In this document: positions 47,036-59,600 of the stretch, one piece after another
Layout of the letters: the number at the start of each line of letters is the position of its first letter
How positions within the stretch are numbered: position 1 is the first letter of the stretch
NCBI RefSeq assembly: GCF_001949145.1
Contig: NW_019091355.1
Span: forward strand, 5,791,068 to 5,855,067
Direction of reading: 5' to 3'
DNA: 64,000 nt
DNA from: Acanthaster planci
Taxonomy: Eukaryota
Made by a program: the position numbers and the translations under genes
The notes under the pieces: generated by a model
The model's database searches: none
The model's input: the letters and a program-made list of their open reading frames with translations, nothing else
What the model was told of the DNA's origin: nothing

Positions 47036-50000
47036 CTCCACACCAGACGGCAATTCTCGGATTAGGTCAGTGACTGTATAAATATTCATATCTGTGGAGT
47101 TTTAAATTTCCCGTAAACCCCATTCCCACTAAAGCCATTTTGGGATCACTCATTCAGTTGGCTACAAACCATAATCTCTGTCCACAAGAGTCAGGTGGTA
47201 ATGTTAACCGCTAATGCTCGGAGCATCCTTGGATTCTGTATGGACGGTGTCACATTAACACAGTAGTTGACAATGAAGGCGTTAGCAGTCGCACTCAGGG
47301 CCGACTTTTAAAGGCGTTTCCTCATTTATCAGATTACGGCGTGAATGGATAATAGCCGAAAATTACCTCGTCCAATCTAAATGCGCCGTGGGGATGCGTA
47401 CACATCAACAGGAGCGCGATTTCGGCGTAAAGTCTCCTGACTTGAAATCGGCGATATTCGTTCTCAAGCTCAACTCCGGCAAGCACGACTCATTCGTGAA
47501 CATTAATTTTGTGCTACGAAAACGTCGCATGATTATTTGTATAAAAACATGACTTCGTGTTTTAATGTTTGTAACGTTGACGTCAATCTTTAAATCTGCA
47601 CTTCATTTCCCCTTTCCCCGTGGAAATATTGAATGGTTTATTTTTAGTGAAAAAAGTCCCTTTCTGTTTGTAAAACACGCCAGTTTCATTCTTGCCTGTT
47701 GGCATATTTTTCGACTGATGCTGCTTTAATATTTCGATGTCGAATTGTGGAAATCAAAATCATGTTTACTCAATCTCGCCATCAAAACAAATCGTCCATT
47801 TATCGCAAAAGTCCTTTACTGTAATCGCCCCCTCGTTCACATTCCAGTCATTTTTTCAAACAAAAAGTTTACTTCTTCAACTGGCACACACATTTATAGC
47901 ACATGTTATTGCATTGCTTTTCCTGCTAGGTACAGTTACCGTGGGATGATGCAGTTCAGTCAAAGTTCACACCTTTAATAACAGACCACCAACACGTACC
48001 TGACAGACAGGATCGTGTATATACATTTAGTTTCAGAAATTAACCCCAGAAACTTTTGAACCCGATCTGTGTGTACTGGCAAAATGAACTCTTTTGAATA
48101 CGGAAGCCTGCTCGTTTTTCACAATTTAAGCTGCCAAACTATTCATCTATTCTTATTTAGTTTGAATTGGAACTTTAAAATGCAATTTTTTCAGTGCCGT
48201 CAGTTGCTACGTTGCAAAGGATGCGGGCATAGACCTTCACAATTGACACTTCACAAAAGGATAACGACTCGTTTTAATACACAGAACGTGGGGTGTTCGA
48301 AGCATGTGACCGCCAGCTGAAAAGAAGAGTTCTGTCTACCAAGAAAAACAAAATGACCCGTTCTGATCCCGCGATGGCATGCCATAAAATATGTTCCCAG
48401 TTTACCAGGAATATGTTTCTAAAACTTTTGCAGCAGGAAGTTACTGGCTTTGCATTTGAAACCAGCTATTTTACCCTCCTCCGCCCATCGCTGACAACAT
48501 ACCAAACCAATGCCTTCGTGATAGTGGTTTCGTCGTTACTGGATTCTTCGAGGAACCTTCAGACACCACCTCCAGGACGACCTCAAGATACCTCGAGTCG
48601 AACCAAGCAGAGGGCTGGATGGAACATGGCTCCAGGAATTCCTCTTTCCGTTTTTCAACGGAGATGTGTGAGCACGTGATACCGGATCCGTAAACATCAC
48701 CTGTAACGACATAAAAAGGATTTCCGTCCATCGTTGAAAAGTCCAGTTAGATTCAAACATTTGAATGGAAAAAACATTGGAGGTGCGATCAATTAGAAAG
48801 CCATCTGTCCACATGTGCGCTATCATAATTCTCGTTCGTATGAAGCAAGATACGGGACAGAGAGCGCTCCTCACCTTTGTGTTGGGCATTGTTTGATCGG
48901 AATCTCAGGAATTCTTTACAGACGGGGGGGATGTGTTAGGTAACAATAGTCTAGAGTGTGTATAGGGATTGGAAATGTGGGAGGGGTACCCTTCGTCCCA
49001 TATCTTGCTCGGTATATTCTCGCTGTTATAACCAATTCAAAGCAAATAGACGAAATGACAAAAAATCCATTTTTTTTTCATAAAATATGCTGTCTATTCC
49101 AGTTCTTGGAAGAAAGGTGCCCACACCTGGACATGTTCCAAAATTTCAAAGGTACGAAAAAATGGAACATGAAAGGCCGTGAAAGCACAAACACTCTCTC
49201 TGTAGTGTGCCACCGTAATCAGATTAGCGAGAGCAAAAAATGGCACGAGAAAAATTCCACAAACATTTACTTAACTCCCTTCAGCACAAACTTTCTGCAG
49301 ATAGGGGAATGGACAGAATCGACAAAGGATTGTGGTTGAAGCAGGTACTAACGGCGTTGTATAATGATTGACAATGCAGTGTTTGCTTCAAGCGTGGGAA
49401 GAAATTATTGACAATAATAGGGTTGTAGCATCTGGGCATACGGCGGCTTTCTGATGCACTATTACGGCTTCGTAATATTTACCACCCCTATTAACGAGAC
49501 CCTGTGAAGGCTTGTCCACAGAATTCAATTATACCTTTCTGTTTACGATCGATTGTTGTTCTTTTTGCAGCCAGTTCAACAGTTGCCTGGACGCTCTATT
49601 TTTTGACGGAAACGGGTTGGTTTTGATAACCGTTACCAGGCGCTGTCAAGGAATCACAGACTGACCGCGTCGGCATAAGGAAGTCCAATATGCAGAGTCG
49701 TTGGATAGTTCAACAAAGTACATTCCGAGGCTGCCTCGTTGGGGGTGTTTTCTTCACTTACTTTAATGGTGCGAAAGGTCTTCACATTTAGAGAAAAACT
49801 TGCCGTGCAGACGCAGATTTAGGGGGTGTCTCAAATGAAAAGGTTAAAGTAAAGTGATTTTGAAGCGGTAACAGGTTTCAGGTTCTATTTTGCCAGTCTG
49901 ACGTGTTGAATCAAGTCATTTGCTACCCTGGATATCTTTTCAGCATAAGAAGTGTTATTTTCTGGATCCTTATGTCTTTTCCGAAAGAAACGCCCCCCCC

Positions 50001-50169
50001 CCCGATAATCACTGTGCTCATCATCCACCTGCAGACTGAGTGTCACTCTCTAGACAGATGATTGTTTGGCTTATTGTAAGCTATATTTCATCGTGGTGGT
50101 TTTGTTCTTCATTATACCGACGCATATTTATAAACACTGTATGAATACTTGGAGCTGTCCGAAGGCTAC

Positions 50170-50262
50170 TGAAAAAATACCAAGCTTACTCGAGTGGGAC
50201 TTGAACCTGCGACCTCTTGCTAACTAGTGACGTCCAACCACCTGAGCTTGCCAGGCTGGCTA
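50170..50262 (-). mobile_element. tRNA-derived SINE, same family as 37511-37600
   Basis: minus strand AGCCAGCCTGGCAAGCTCAGGTGGTT...GAGGTCGCAGGTTCAAGTCCCACTCGAGTA; B box GGTTCAAGTCCC. Confidence 0.65.
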
Positions 50263-53200
50263 TAGCGGGGTTGAATCAGACGGGTAGCAGGTACCGCGTC
50301 AAAATTATAAGGTGTAAAAGGGGACGCAAAAATGACATATTTTAATAGACTCCAGGTCACTGCGCTATACTTACTGCTCGTTCGCAAATTGAAGTTCTCT
50401 TTTTTTGTCACCACAAACTAAATTTCTAAGATTCGGTCTATTTCTTATAACCAGTGAAAGGCATACTATCTCTTGTTGGGCGGTACTTTGTTTCATTGCT
50501 ACTCTAGCTACATCATTCTTTGAGGGTGTGCTTGGGTGACGAAACAAGATGATGATTGTAGACGGGTGTGGCTATCATACAATGACACAAGCTGCGATTT
50601 TGCATTAGCCCCGTGATGTTGATTTAGCGCTGGTTATCCTATATGTAGATATCACATAATTCGTGGTTTTTACAGGGAAGAAAAGGCTCATTTCCACAGA
50701 ACATAGCAAAACAAGGAACCAGTCGGCATGGTTACAAGGGTAGTCTTGATTCCAGACCATACTTTGCAGTTTGCCCTTCGATGCAAAGCTAGGCCCATTT
50801 GTGATGTCAGCAACATCATCTTCCTGACGTTCGCGGCGACAAGGCAGCAAATTCTCTCTGAAACTGGATTACCTGCATGCACCAAATCTGGATTTTTATA
50901 ATTATGTGCTGAATTTTTGTTTTGTATGTTCAGCGCTGAGGTTTACGAAAACCGAAGGGGTCGAGACCAACATGAATAAGTCTTTTGATTTTCTACTTTT
51001 TCTCGTCTCTCTCAAGTTTTGGTCTTGGGAAAGCTTTAAACTAACTACTGAATGGGATTGTACAAATTAGCATCAACATGAAATGTAAAGTTCCAGTTCT
51101 TTGAAATTGGTTCCGGTGCCTTGGGCGAAGCAGGGCTGTATACGGAACACTGAGACTGGAAGTATTCCCTGTTAATGTCGGATCGCAACACAAATGAAGT
51201 TCTATCCACCTGTCACGCTTGCGCTAACATGTATGATGACGATAAAATGGCAATGAAAGTGTAAAAGAATGCAAAGAATTTGTTAGTACCATGATACATG
51301 CATTCATAGCTGAAGTCACAAAAACGCTATACACGTTGAAAATTAGTCTCCAAGTTCATGTATGTAATAAAAATCCATTTGTTGGTGAAAACAACCTAAA
51401 TCACGCTATGGGAAGGTTACCTTTCGTTGAGTTATTTGTTTTTATTCATTTCCATTTTGTTTACTATTTACCATGTTGGACCTTTTTGACTCCAGTAATA
51501 CTTTGTTTTTGCTACGTAATCGGTCCTTTCAAATCATAGTATGCCAAATATTCCGTTTTTGACCACATAGAAGGACGGACAAGGAACGGCTGCAGACAGC
51601 AAACAATGAGTTGTCTCCTTTTTCCGCGATGTTGATTAGGATCATTTCCGAGAGAGACATCTGTCACGGGTGAAAAAGTACTCAAGGAAACTACCATCCC
51701 ATGCCCATGAATTAGACCTGATGCCCTGACCATGGACCGTGTAGATGCGTAGGCTGACAAATAACTATCAGGATCAGCGAAAAAGACTCTGTAGCGTCGA
51801 TAGCACAATGATTCACATTCCACATGGGCCGCTTGTAGTTTTGACCGACATTTCGGTAGAACTGCAAGGTTTTCCCTTTGGTGCATCTTCCCAACGTGCC
51901 ATGCTAAGGTAGAAACAGAAAATAGAATGGGGGTACGACCAAGATACGCAATGAAACTTTACAAACGTGCATGGTAAACAACTTGGGTCCACGCCAGGGG
52001 CGTATCCAGCTTTTGGTGCTGGGAAGGAGGCAAATTCAGAAACAATGAGGGTGTGGGATCATTGAACATGACGTTGGCGACAAAAAATAAGCCTATCAAA
52101 AGCCTTACTCGCCGTCCCAACATCCTTGCTTTCAGTCTTTCATGGTGTTGTTTTCTTAGGATGCTGTTACTTTTATTCGATAAATAAATCCACGCATCAT
52201 GGGCGTTAGGACATACTACCGGAGACCGCAATATTCCTTCAAATTCTTATTAGCTTTAGCTATATAGTTGACATGCCCGATAAGATTTGTTACCCACACT
52301 TAATTTTAATCTTCAAAGGACTTAGGTTCTGGTCCTTACGTGATTTTTGTTTTGCCATAACATTTTTTGGGTAATATGTCCACTGTGCAGAAGCAACAGG
52401 CGAGCTGTAGAGTGAGCAACGAGACTTTGGTTTATTTATCGATACGCGTTGGGTATGATATTTTCTGACGTCGCAAATTCTCAGGCCTGACAGGCAAGCT
52501 TAATATTTTTTAATGTAGGCTTGTAATACCGAGTCCCAAATATATCCTCCAAACCCAAAACCTAGTGAAGTAAACTGTTCAGGAACAATTTACAATCCAG
52601 GACTTGCGAATAATTTTAAATGAGTCCTTTGTTTACGAGGATTACACACGCTGTTTCCATGGAAAACTTCGTCCACAGATCATTTCGCTGAATCACCCTG
52701 ATCAGATCCTGGTACAATTGCCCTTATAAGGGCAAAATATGATTGTTGCATAAATTGTAATTTTCAGGCCCGTCACCGCAAAACCGAAGGTTTGGGTCAT
52801 TGTTAGCCGCTGTTAGGGCATCCTGGACATTACGTCTGGTCACTAAACTTAAAGTTACATTGAGTGTTAAACTCCATCTACTTCATTTTGGTATCATGCT
52901 TCTCTTTAAAATCTTTGTGTAGGCCTTTACCAATACGCCAGCCCTAGATAGATTCGTGTTTATAATGGTTTGCAGACCGCGCTTTCCAGGAGTACGCGAA
53001 CGTAGGCAGCGAAACGTGCGGAGAACGTATTATGTTCTCGCGGTGGTGAAGTTTTACCGCGCAGTTGTATCCTATGTCCCGTGGTGCTTCCTTCGGACTG
53101 GTAGTACGCCTCCTACAAGTTAACGCCCCTCTGACATCAAAAGCGAATATTCCTCGACCCACACTACCACATTATCCCATCATTAACCACACCGCACTCT

Positions 53201-56200
53201 CTATGGCTACATTGAATGACATAGAGTCACAGCGCACACGCCTTCGCGATCATTCTAATGAACCTAAGACGATAGGTCAAAGTCACAGCTCCATTTAGGT
53301 CCCTCACGGGGCCCTCGCGAATAAATTATGTTCTCTACAACCACACGTTCCTGTCAGGACTAATAAGTGTCAATGACACCGTCAGTCAGGTTCTAATGTA
53401 ATTCAACTCACGTGTTCCTGCACGTGCATATACTCATTCCCAGTTATGGATTGGGTGAAGTCGGAAGTTTTTTAGGTGACCCAGTTTTGAAATCGACTGT
53501 ACACGCAACTGCTAAACAGAAAACCGTGTTGTGCCGCGCCCCTCAACGTCCAAAGCCCTTATTTCCCTACCTGCTCTGCCAAGTCTTAAGAACATATGTA
53601 GCTTAGAGATGGCTACTAATCCCTCCAAGATAGTTTCAAAGAATTATTGCTGCCTCACCCTTTGATGTCCAAGCCTCAATCTATCTCAGTAAAATGATCG
53701 AAGACCTATACATGTACATTGTCTGCTCTTTGTTCCTTGCAATCGTATTTTTACCTTTAGTGGATGGTAAAACTGTTACTGGTCGTCAGTGTAAACGTAA
53801 AGGAAGGATTTATTAAGTGTTGAAAACATCTCACGCTGCTATCCAAGCACCAAATATGAAACAATACCACTGTAAATGAAAATACGATTCTCTTTAAAAG
53901 CAATGTGGGAAATGTACAATTTGTGGTTAAATCTGCCGCCAATCAAGGGTGATTTTTTTCTGCAAAGTTTGGCTGCCCAAAGGGGAATGAGAGCAGTCTA
54001 TACGCCGTTTGGGCAAAGAACCCAACATCGAAGCGAACGTTTGTCCCTCTGCAAACCCCGATCAAGGATTATATCCCAATGTTTTATTATGTGATTTTTG
54101 TAACTCCAAACTTTATCGCAGCCACGCATAAGTTCAGATGTCAATGATATCCTGGGTGACTATGTTTACGCGGAGGTTGTTGACCCCAAAATGTCACGTT
54201 CAATTTGTAACGTGTGTTTCTGACACAGCATGGAAATCATCTATCAAGAAAAATACCGTCAGACGAAATAATGTTGAGGGTGGATGTATACCATTCATTA
54301 TCGTTTGCCTGATGCTCTTGTATTTCTGTCCGTTAGGCTGCGATGCTTTGAGCTGCTACGTAATGCTTGGCTGTCTATCTCTTCCCAGTTAAATATTTCG
54401 TTTTAGTTATAGGCCTATATGTAAAGAATATGAAAATTGTTACACGAAACAATCAGCAAATGATTTTGAACGGTACACACCATCATCCTCTGTTCACCTA
54501 GTTGGAATTTGTCGCTTCCTTTACTGCGTGTGTGTATAGTCAGAAAATATTTCAAAGTTTAGTTTTAATGAGGGATTTGTTTGATATGTTTTATACGCTG
54601 GAGTTTAAAGGAAATCGATTTTGATGTTTCCACTTATAATGTAGTATTTTTCCACAATATTGTTATCATATTTAACTAACCTTTGATTGGACAGTTGATG
54701 TAAAGAATTGACTTTTTGTAGCGAAAGCAAATTGGTTGGTTGGAACCAGGAATATGTCTGTCATCAAAAAGTTCAGTTTCGGAACTGAGAGGAAACAGGG
54801 TTGACTAAGTAAGTGGTTGGTGTTTACGTGCACAAAATTATGCGCCGTAATACTGGGGTCTTCCCCAATGGAATACCTGTGTCGTCATAATAGAAATGCT
54901 TTGGCAATAATCTGCGAAGGACTTCTTGCGCTGGTTTTAATTCAAAACCAAGATGCCCAGACATTTGAAGCATTATTCAGTGATTCCTGGATTTCTTTTT
55001 TTTTCTCAGTGTAAATAACTTTGCTGAAATTAGATGGTGGACGTGACGTGCGCTAGCTGGAAATCATGCATCAATTAGGCCTAGGGACTACACTGGAGTG
55101 GATTGTGCCATGTTTTTCAAAAATTGGTATAAACAACTACATGTATTACTTTTAGAAGTACATGAATAAAGAGATCCTCCTATTTCCGAGGAGTGAAACT
55201 GCGGTATGACACGAGTTAGAGTGAAAAATCATTCGAAATGTGTGAGTGAAATACTTTGCTAAAAAAATCTATCTGCTGTCAGCTTGTAATGAGTAAATTT
55301 CACTCCAAATTGACTTATCTCAAGTTTGAGTCTTATGGAGAAAACCTTTTTACTGGATCATAAAGAATTTTCGCATTCTAGAAAAGAAAGGTGGAAATCA
55401 GTTTCCATCTTATGCGGATTTTCGGGCATTTGTGGCTGATGTCCATACAAGTTATTTGCTCAGAACTAAAACTGGAATATGACGTAATATGACTCACAGA
55501 GGAAGGTGCCGCATTCTGCCGCAAAACAGGAAGAAAACCTCATAATTAGAAATTAAATGAAAATATCATTAACATATGCTTCACTTTGCACAGCTAATAA
55601 AAGCTGCCTGAATTAATATTATTTCTGACACTTTAAGGTTAAAGTGGTATATCTATAAGTTCCGATCATAGCGAGTTACCACAATTCTCAGTTTCCACAA
55701 AATATACGTGTAGAGTTTATTAACAGGATTGTTGAAGATTTATTACGCCTGGAAATTTTCTGATGCATTGACCTTTCACCGAAAGAACTGGACCGTACTT
55801 GACGAAATTCTTCTCGGAAAAATCACAGTTTTCTTAAAAGTATGTTTCAAAACATGTCAATCTAGTCACGACTTCATACGATTGCAATAAATACGTCCAA
55901 CTGACTAACACTGCTCCATTTCTTTCATCAAATCAGTATTTATCTTGTAGGAGTCTAAACATTCCTTAAAGTTTTAAATCACCACAACAACGTCTCGAAT
56001 AAGGATATCCTCCCCGCTTCCCGGACGACAGTAAATTAAATCCCCCTTCACGATCTACCATACCACAAAATAAGATTAATGTTGACCAATCACGAGGAGG
56101 TAGTTTGCATCAAGTTTCGGGAATTTGCATTCAGGCTATCAAGCTCCGCAACGTGTCCGGAAACAGCCGTAGGGGACCTTGGTTGCAGTTACAGCGCTCC

Positions 56201-56380
56201 TCCATTGCTGTGATTTGATTGGTTAAGGCCGAAGTGGACTCCCTGGGTTAAAGACACATGACAGTATTATTTTTAACTGTGACATAATCTAAAGTAAACT
56301 CTAAGCATCGCCACTTGACACCGATGAAAGTTTCAACAGTCAGAGGCAAAATGAATATTCATGAAGGCCTCCGTAAAAGG

Positions 56381-56387
56381 TATAAAT
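56381..56387 (+). promoter_or_regulatory. TATA box of protease B
   Basis: ggTATAAATgc ~210 bp upstream of the ATG; CCAAT/ATTGG boxes at ~56086 and ~56218. Confidence 0.55.
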
Positions 56388-56593
56388 GCAGCACTGCGGC
56401 GTCACAACCGCTAGTGGAATCCCGGATCGAAAAAGAGAACAAGTCAAATATTTGGAGTCGGTGGTACTTTTCAAGAGAAACGTGAATCGAAGAGTTAATA
56501 ACCCAGTGTTTGCGAGCTACTGAGAAATCACCAGGGTACTGAAGATTGTCCAAAAGTCAATTTGAACAAGTTGTGAATCTTTATATTGAAAGT

Positions 56594-56698
56594 ATGGGCG
56601 CTATCAACTTCTGGCCAACATCTTTGCAACTGATGTTACTGTTTTTTCTGACTCTGCATAGTTTAGCAGTGGAGGGTAGAGCGCTACACCTGGAGCAG
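56594..56698 (+). CDS. protease B exon 1 (signal peptide)
   Basis: MGAINFWPTSLQLMLLFFLTLHSLAVEG-RALHLEQ|gtaagg. Confidence 0.82.
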
Positions 56699-59600
56699 GT
56701 AAGGCTGATTTCTGATTTCTTTCAAACTACTTCGTCGTATATTCCACCCACCTTTCCAGGTTGTCTGAAATCGTTTCACCTACCTTCCCTTCCCCCATTT
56801 TCTACTGTATCCCAGCCTTGACAATTTACAATGAAGACATGGTTTAAGTGAGAATACGCAGCTTGAAGAATGATGAACCTGCCTACAAAAACAGTCTGCA
56901 TATAATTATGTGAACGCCATAACGTTCTTTGTTTAATTTAGCCTACGTCCGCACTTGCATGCAGAAAATCAATACTCCGGATTTTTGCACCTTCTACTTT
57001 CTAGCCAATTACAGTGAAGACTTCGCCTTTTGTTTATCTGACAGAAGTATAGATGAAACGGCTATATTTTTTTCCATCCAGAAATCAGCTCGTGGCAGGA
57101 TGAATGCTGGTGAAACAGATAAAGCCGTGTCTGGTGTAGTCACTCTGCTGGCTGGTCTCAACAATCCAAGTACGTACAGCCATATCTCTGTTAGGATTTC
57201 AACTGCTGTGGGCATGCAGGTGCTCAGTGATTTTATATTATACACTTTGCCGGAGACTAGATACACGTGGGGCCTATTTGCTTTACAATGCTGGGACGTT
57301 CAAGCTGAACTGGACAAAGCATTTTAATAGCTATGGCCATTAGTATTTCATGCCATCACCTTCCAATCAGAAACTTATTTCACACGTTCAAGAACTCTGA
57401 TTCTGAAACCAAATCCAAATCCACAAGTTAAGAATTGATACATTGCCCGGATGCACAATCAACTGCTGTGATTAAATTAAAGGAGTCTGGAACTGTGACA
57501 TGGGTATCACTTCCTGCAGGTTAAAACCACATGCTCTGGGGAGACTTGGTTTGGGATCAGGCCGAGAACGTTTTGAAATCAATCAATCAATCAATCAATT
57601 CAGCGCTACGAAAGAGACATTTTGACAGGTTCCACCGACTGCCAAATAAGCATAAGGGACGATGTTAGATTCTCAGAAATTCACCAGAAATTTATTATTA
57701 TATTGGTTTATTAAAATACTGGGTCGGCAGCAAGGAAGTATCCGGAATAACCAGTTTACAATAAAACTGTTAAAAATTTTAAAATTCATTAAATATTAAC
57801 ATTTACAGAAAAATAGATCTTTAAAAGTCATTATGAAGAATATTAAAATCAAATATAACACGATAAATAGATCTTTAAAAATAACAACACAAAATTAAAA
57901 CAAAATTAAAACAGAAAATGCAATGATAAAATCAAATCTATAACACGTTGTTGCAAGTTATCCATGTCACAAAGGAACTTAGAGAAAGATATTTGCGGCT
58001 GTCCTGATCATACGATGAGTTATACTGTCACAACACATTGATAAATTCTCGACTACCAGAGATTAATAAACTGAGATAGGAAACTGCTAGAATAAATATT
58101 GATCTTGCACTTGCATATTGTAGTTACCTTATAAAGACAACCATCGAAATCACCTATGCCGGTGACATCAAAGGGAACTTCCGTCTTGTTGGTTGTGTAA
58201 CCGAGCAACGTATTGCAAGTGCACGTGATGGTTATCGTGAGTGGGCCATCTGCATGGCCGACTTGATAACCTTTATGATTCAATCATAAGGATTGTAAAT
58301 GAAGTATTCCCACACTGCCGGCCACCTCGCCTTTGAGACATTTATGTATCTTGTCTCCAAATGACGTGATTCGGTGGCTTCCTTTTTCAAATGATTCGAC
58401 TTCCTCGTTTAGGGCACAGAACGCGTTCAATGCAGACATGTATTTAATCATCAGTTGGCAATGTTATTATTACGTTTTATTTTTATTGTAATTCGTAAGG
58501 GTACGGATTAAAAAGATTGTTATCGAAACTTGTACCTCTATTCTCTAATCGCATCAGTATTTATTGTGTGAAAGGAATGTATCATTGGTGTCAACGTCAG
58601 GGTGGAGATGAAAGGTTCCGGACCTGTAATATTTAACGTCAGAGAATTATCGTCATTTTTGACAAAAGTGGGATCTTTCTGCTGGGTGTATACCTAAATT
58701 ATTCTCCCTCTTGGCATTAGAGCAAAGACCAACCGGCTTGAGCGTTCACTCAGTCACTGCGGAGTGGCCTCAGGGGACAGATGGGGTGAAGAGACCCGTG
58801 TCGTGTCACGGTCGCTACGCGGCAAATGGCACCGTTTCGGTGAAAGCCTACAAAGTACACTGATGATGAAATGGAAGCTGATACGTTCCGGTCTTTCTGT
58901 TAGTGAGAAAGTGATGCATAATAACGGCACAAAGCACTTCAGGTACACGTACAACTAATACTGACAACAACAAAACTACTTCCAACCTTAAAAACCCGTC
59001 ACGCTCTCTAAAACGCTCATCCTAAAAATTCCAGTACATGTACATTCAAAGTTCACAGGTGCATATTTTTCAACAATGACGTTCGTGGTTACAAACAGAA
59101 AGATAGTTCAATAAATAAACAAAGGACATATTCTGGCATTGTTTCCTCGTTGATTATGACTCTGTTAGCCGTTCGATATCACTTTCTTCTCGTGTACGGT
59201 ACCCTGGCATAAGGAAACAGTCCGAGGAAACTGGTATGGGCTATGACAGCTTCCGTATATACACAACGTTAAACAAACACGGAACTTGAACTTGTACTCC
59301 TTTGAGTCTAATGTTACACGGTTCACCACAGTCAGAGGTATAAACATGATTAAATGTTGCCTCCAGTAAACTCCGACGCATTGGTTTGTATTGGAATTAG
59401 AGATTAGGCCCGCTGGTGTAATTTTGGACATAGTTGTTACCAAAAATACATTCTTTGAAAAAGGGCAAATCAAGGACCAACTTTTCGGGGCAACCCCAAA
59501 TTGAGCCAATTTTTTATGGCCTTTCCGAGTAGTAAATCTAAATTTTGGGCGGTTTTAGTCTTTAGGTAAGAAAGGAAATGAAATTGTCCTTTTGGACTTT

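Noticed and set aside
58721..58942. Exon-like block in protease B intron 2
   Set aside because: In the required phase it contains an in-frame TGA, and paralog A has no equivalent exon.
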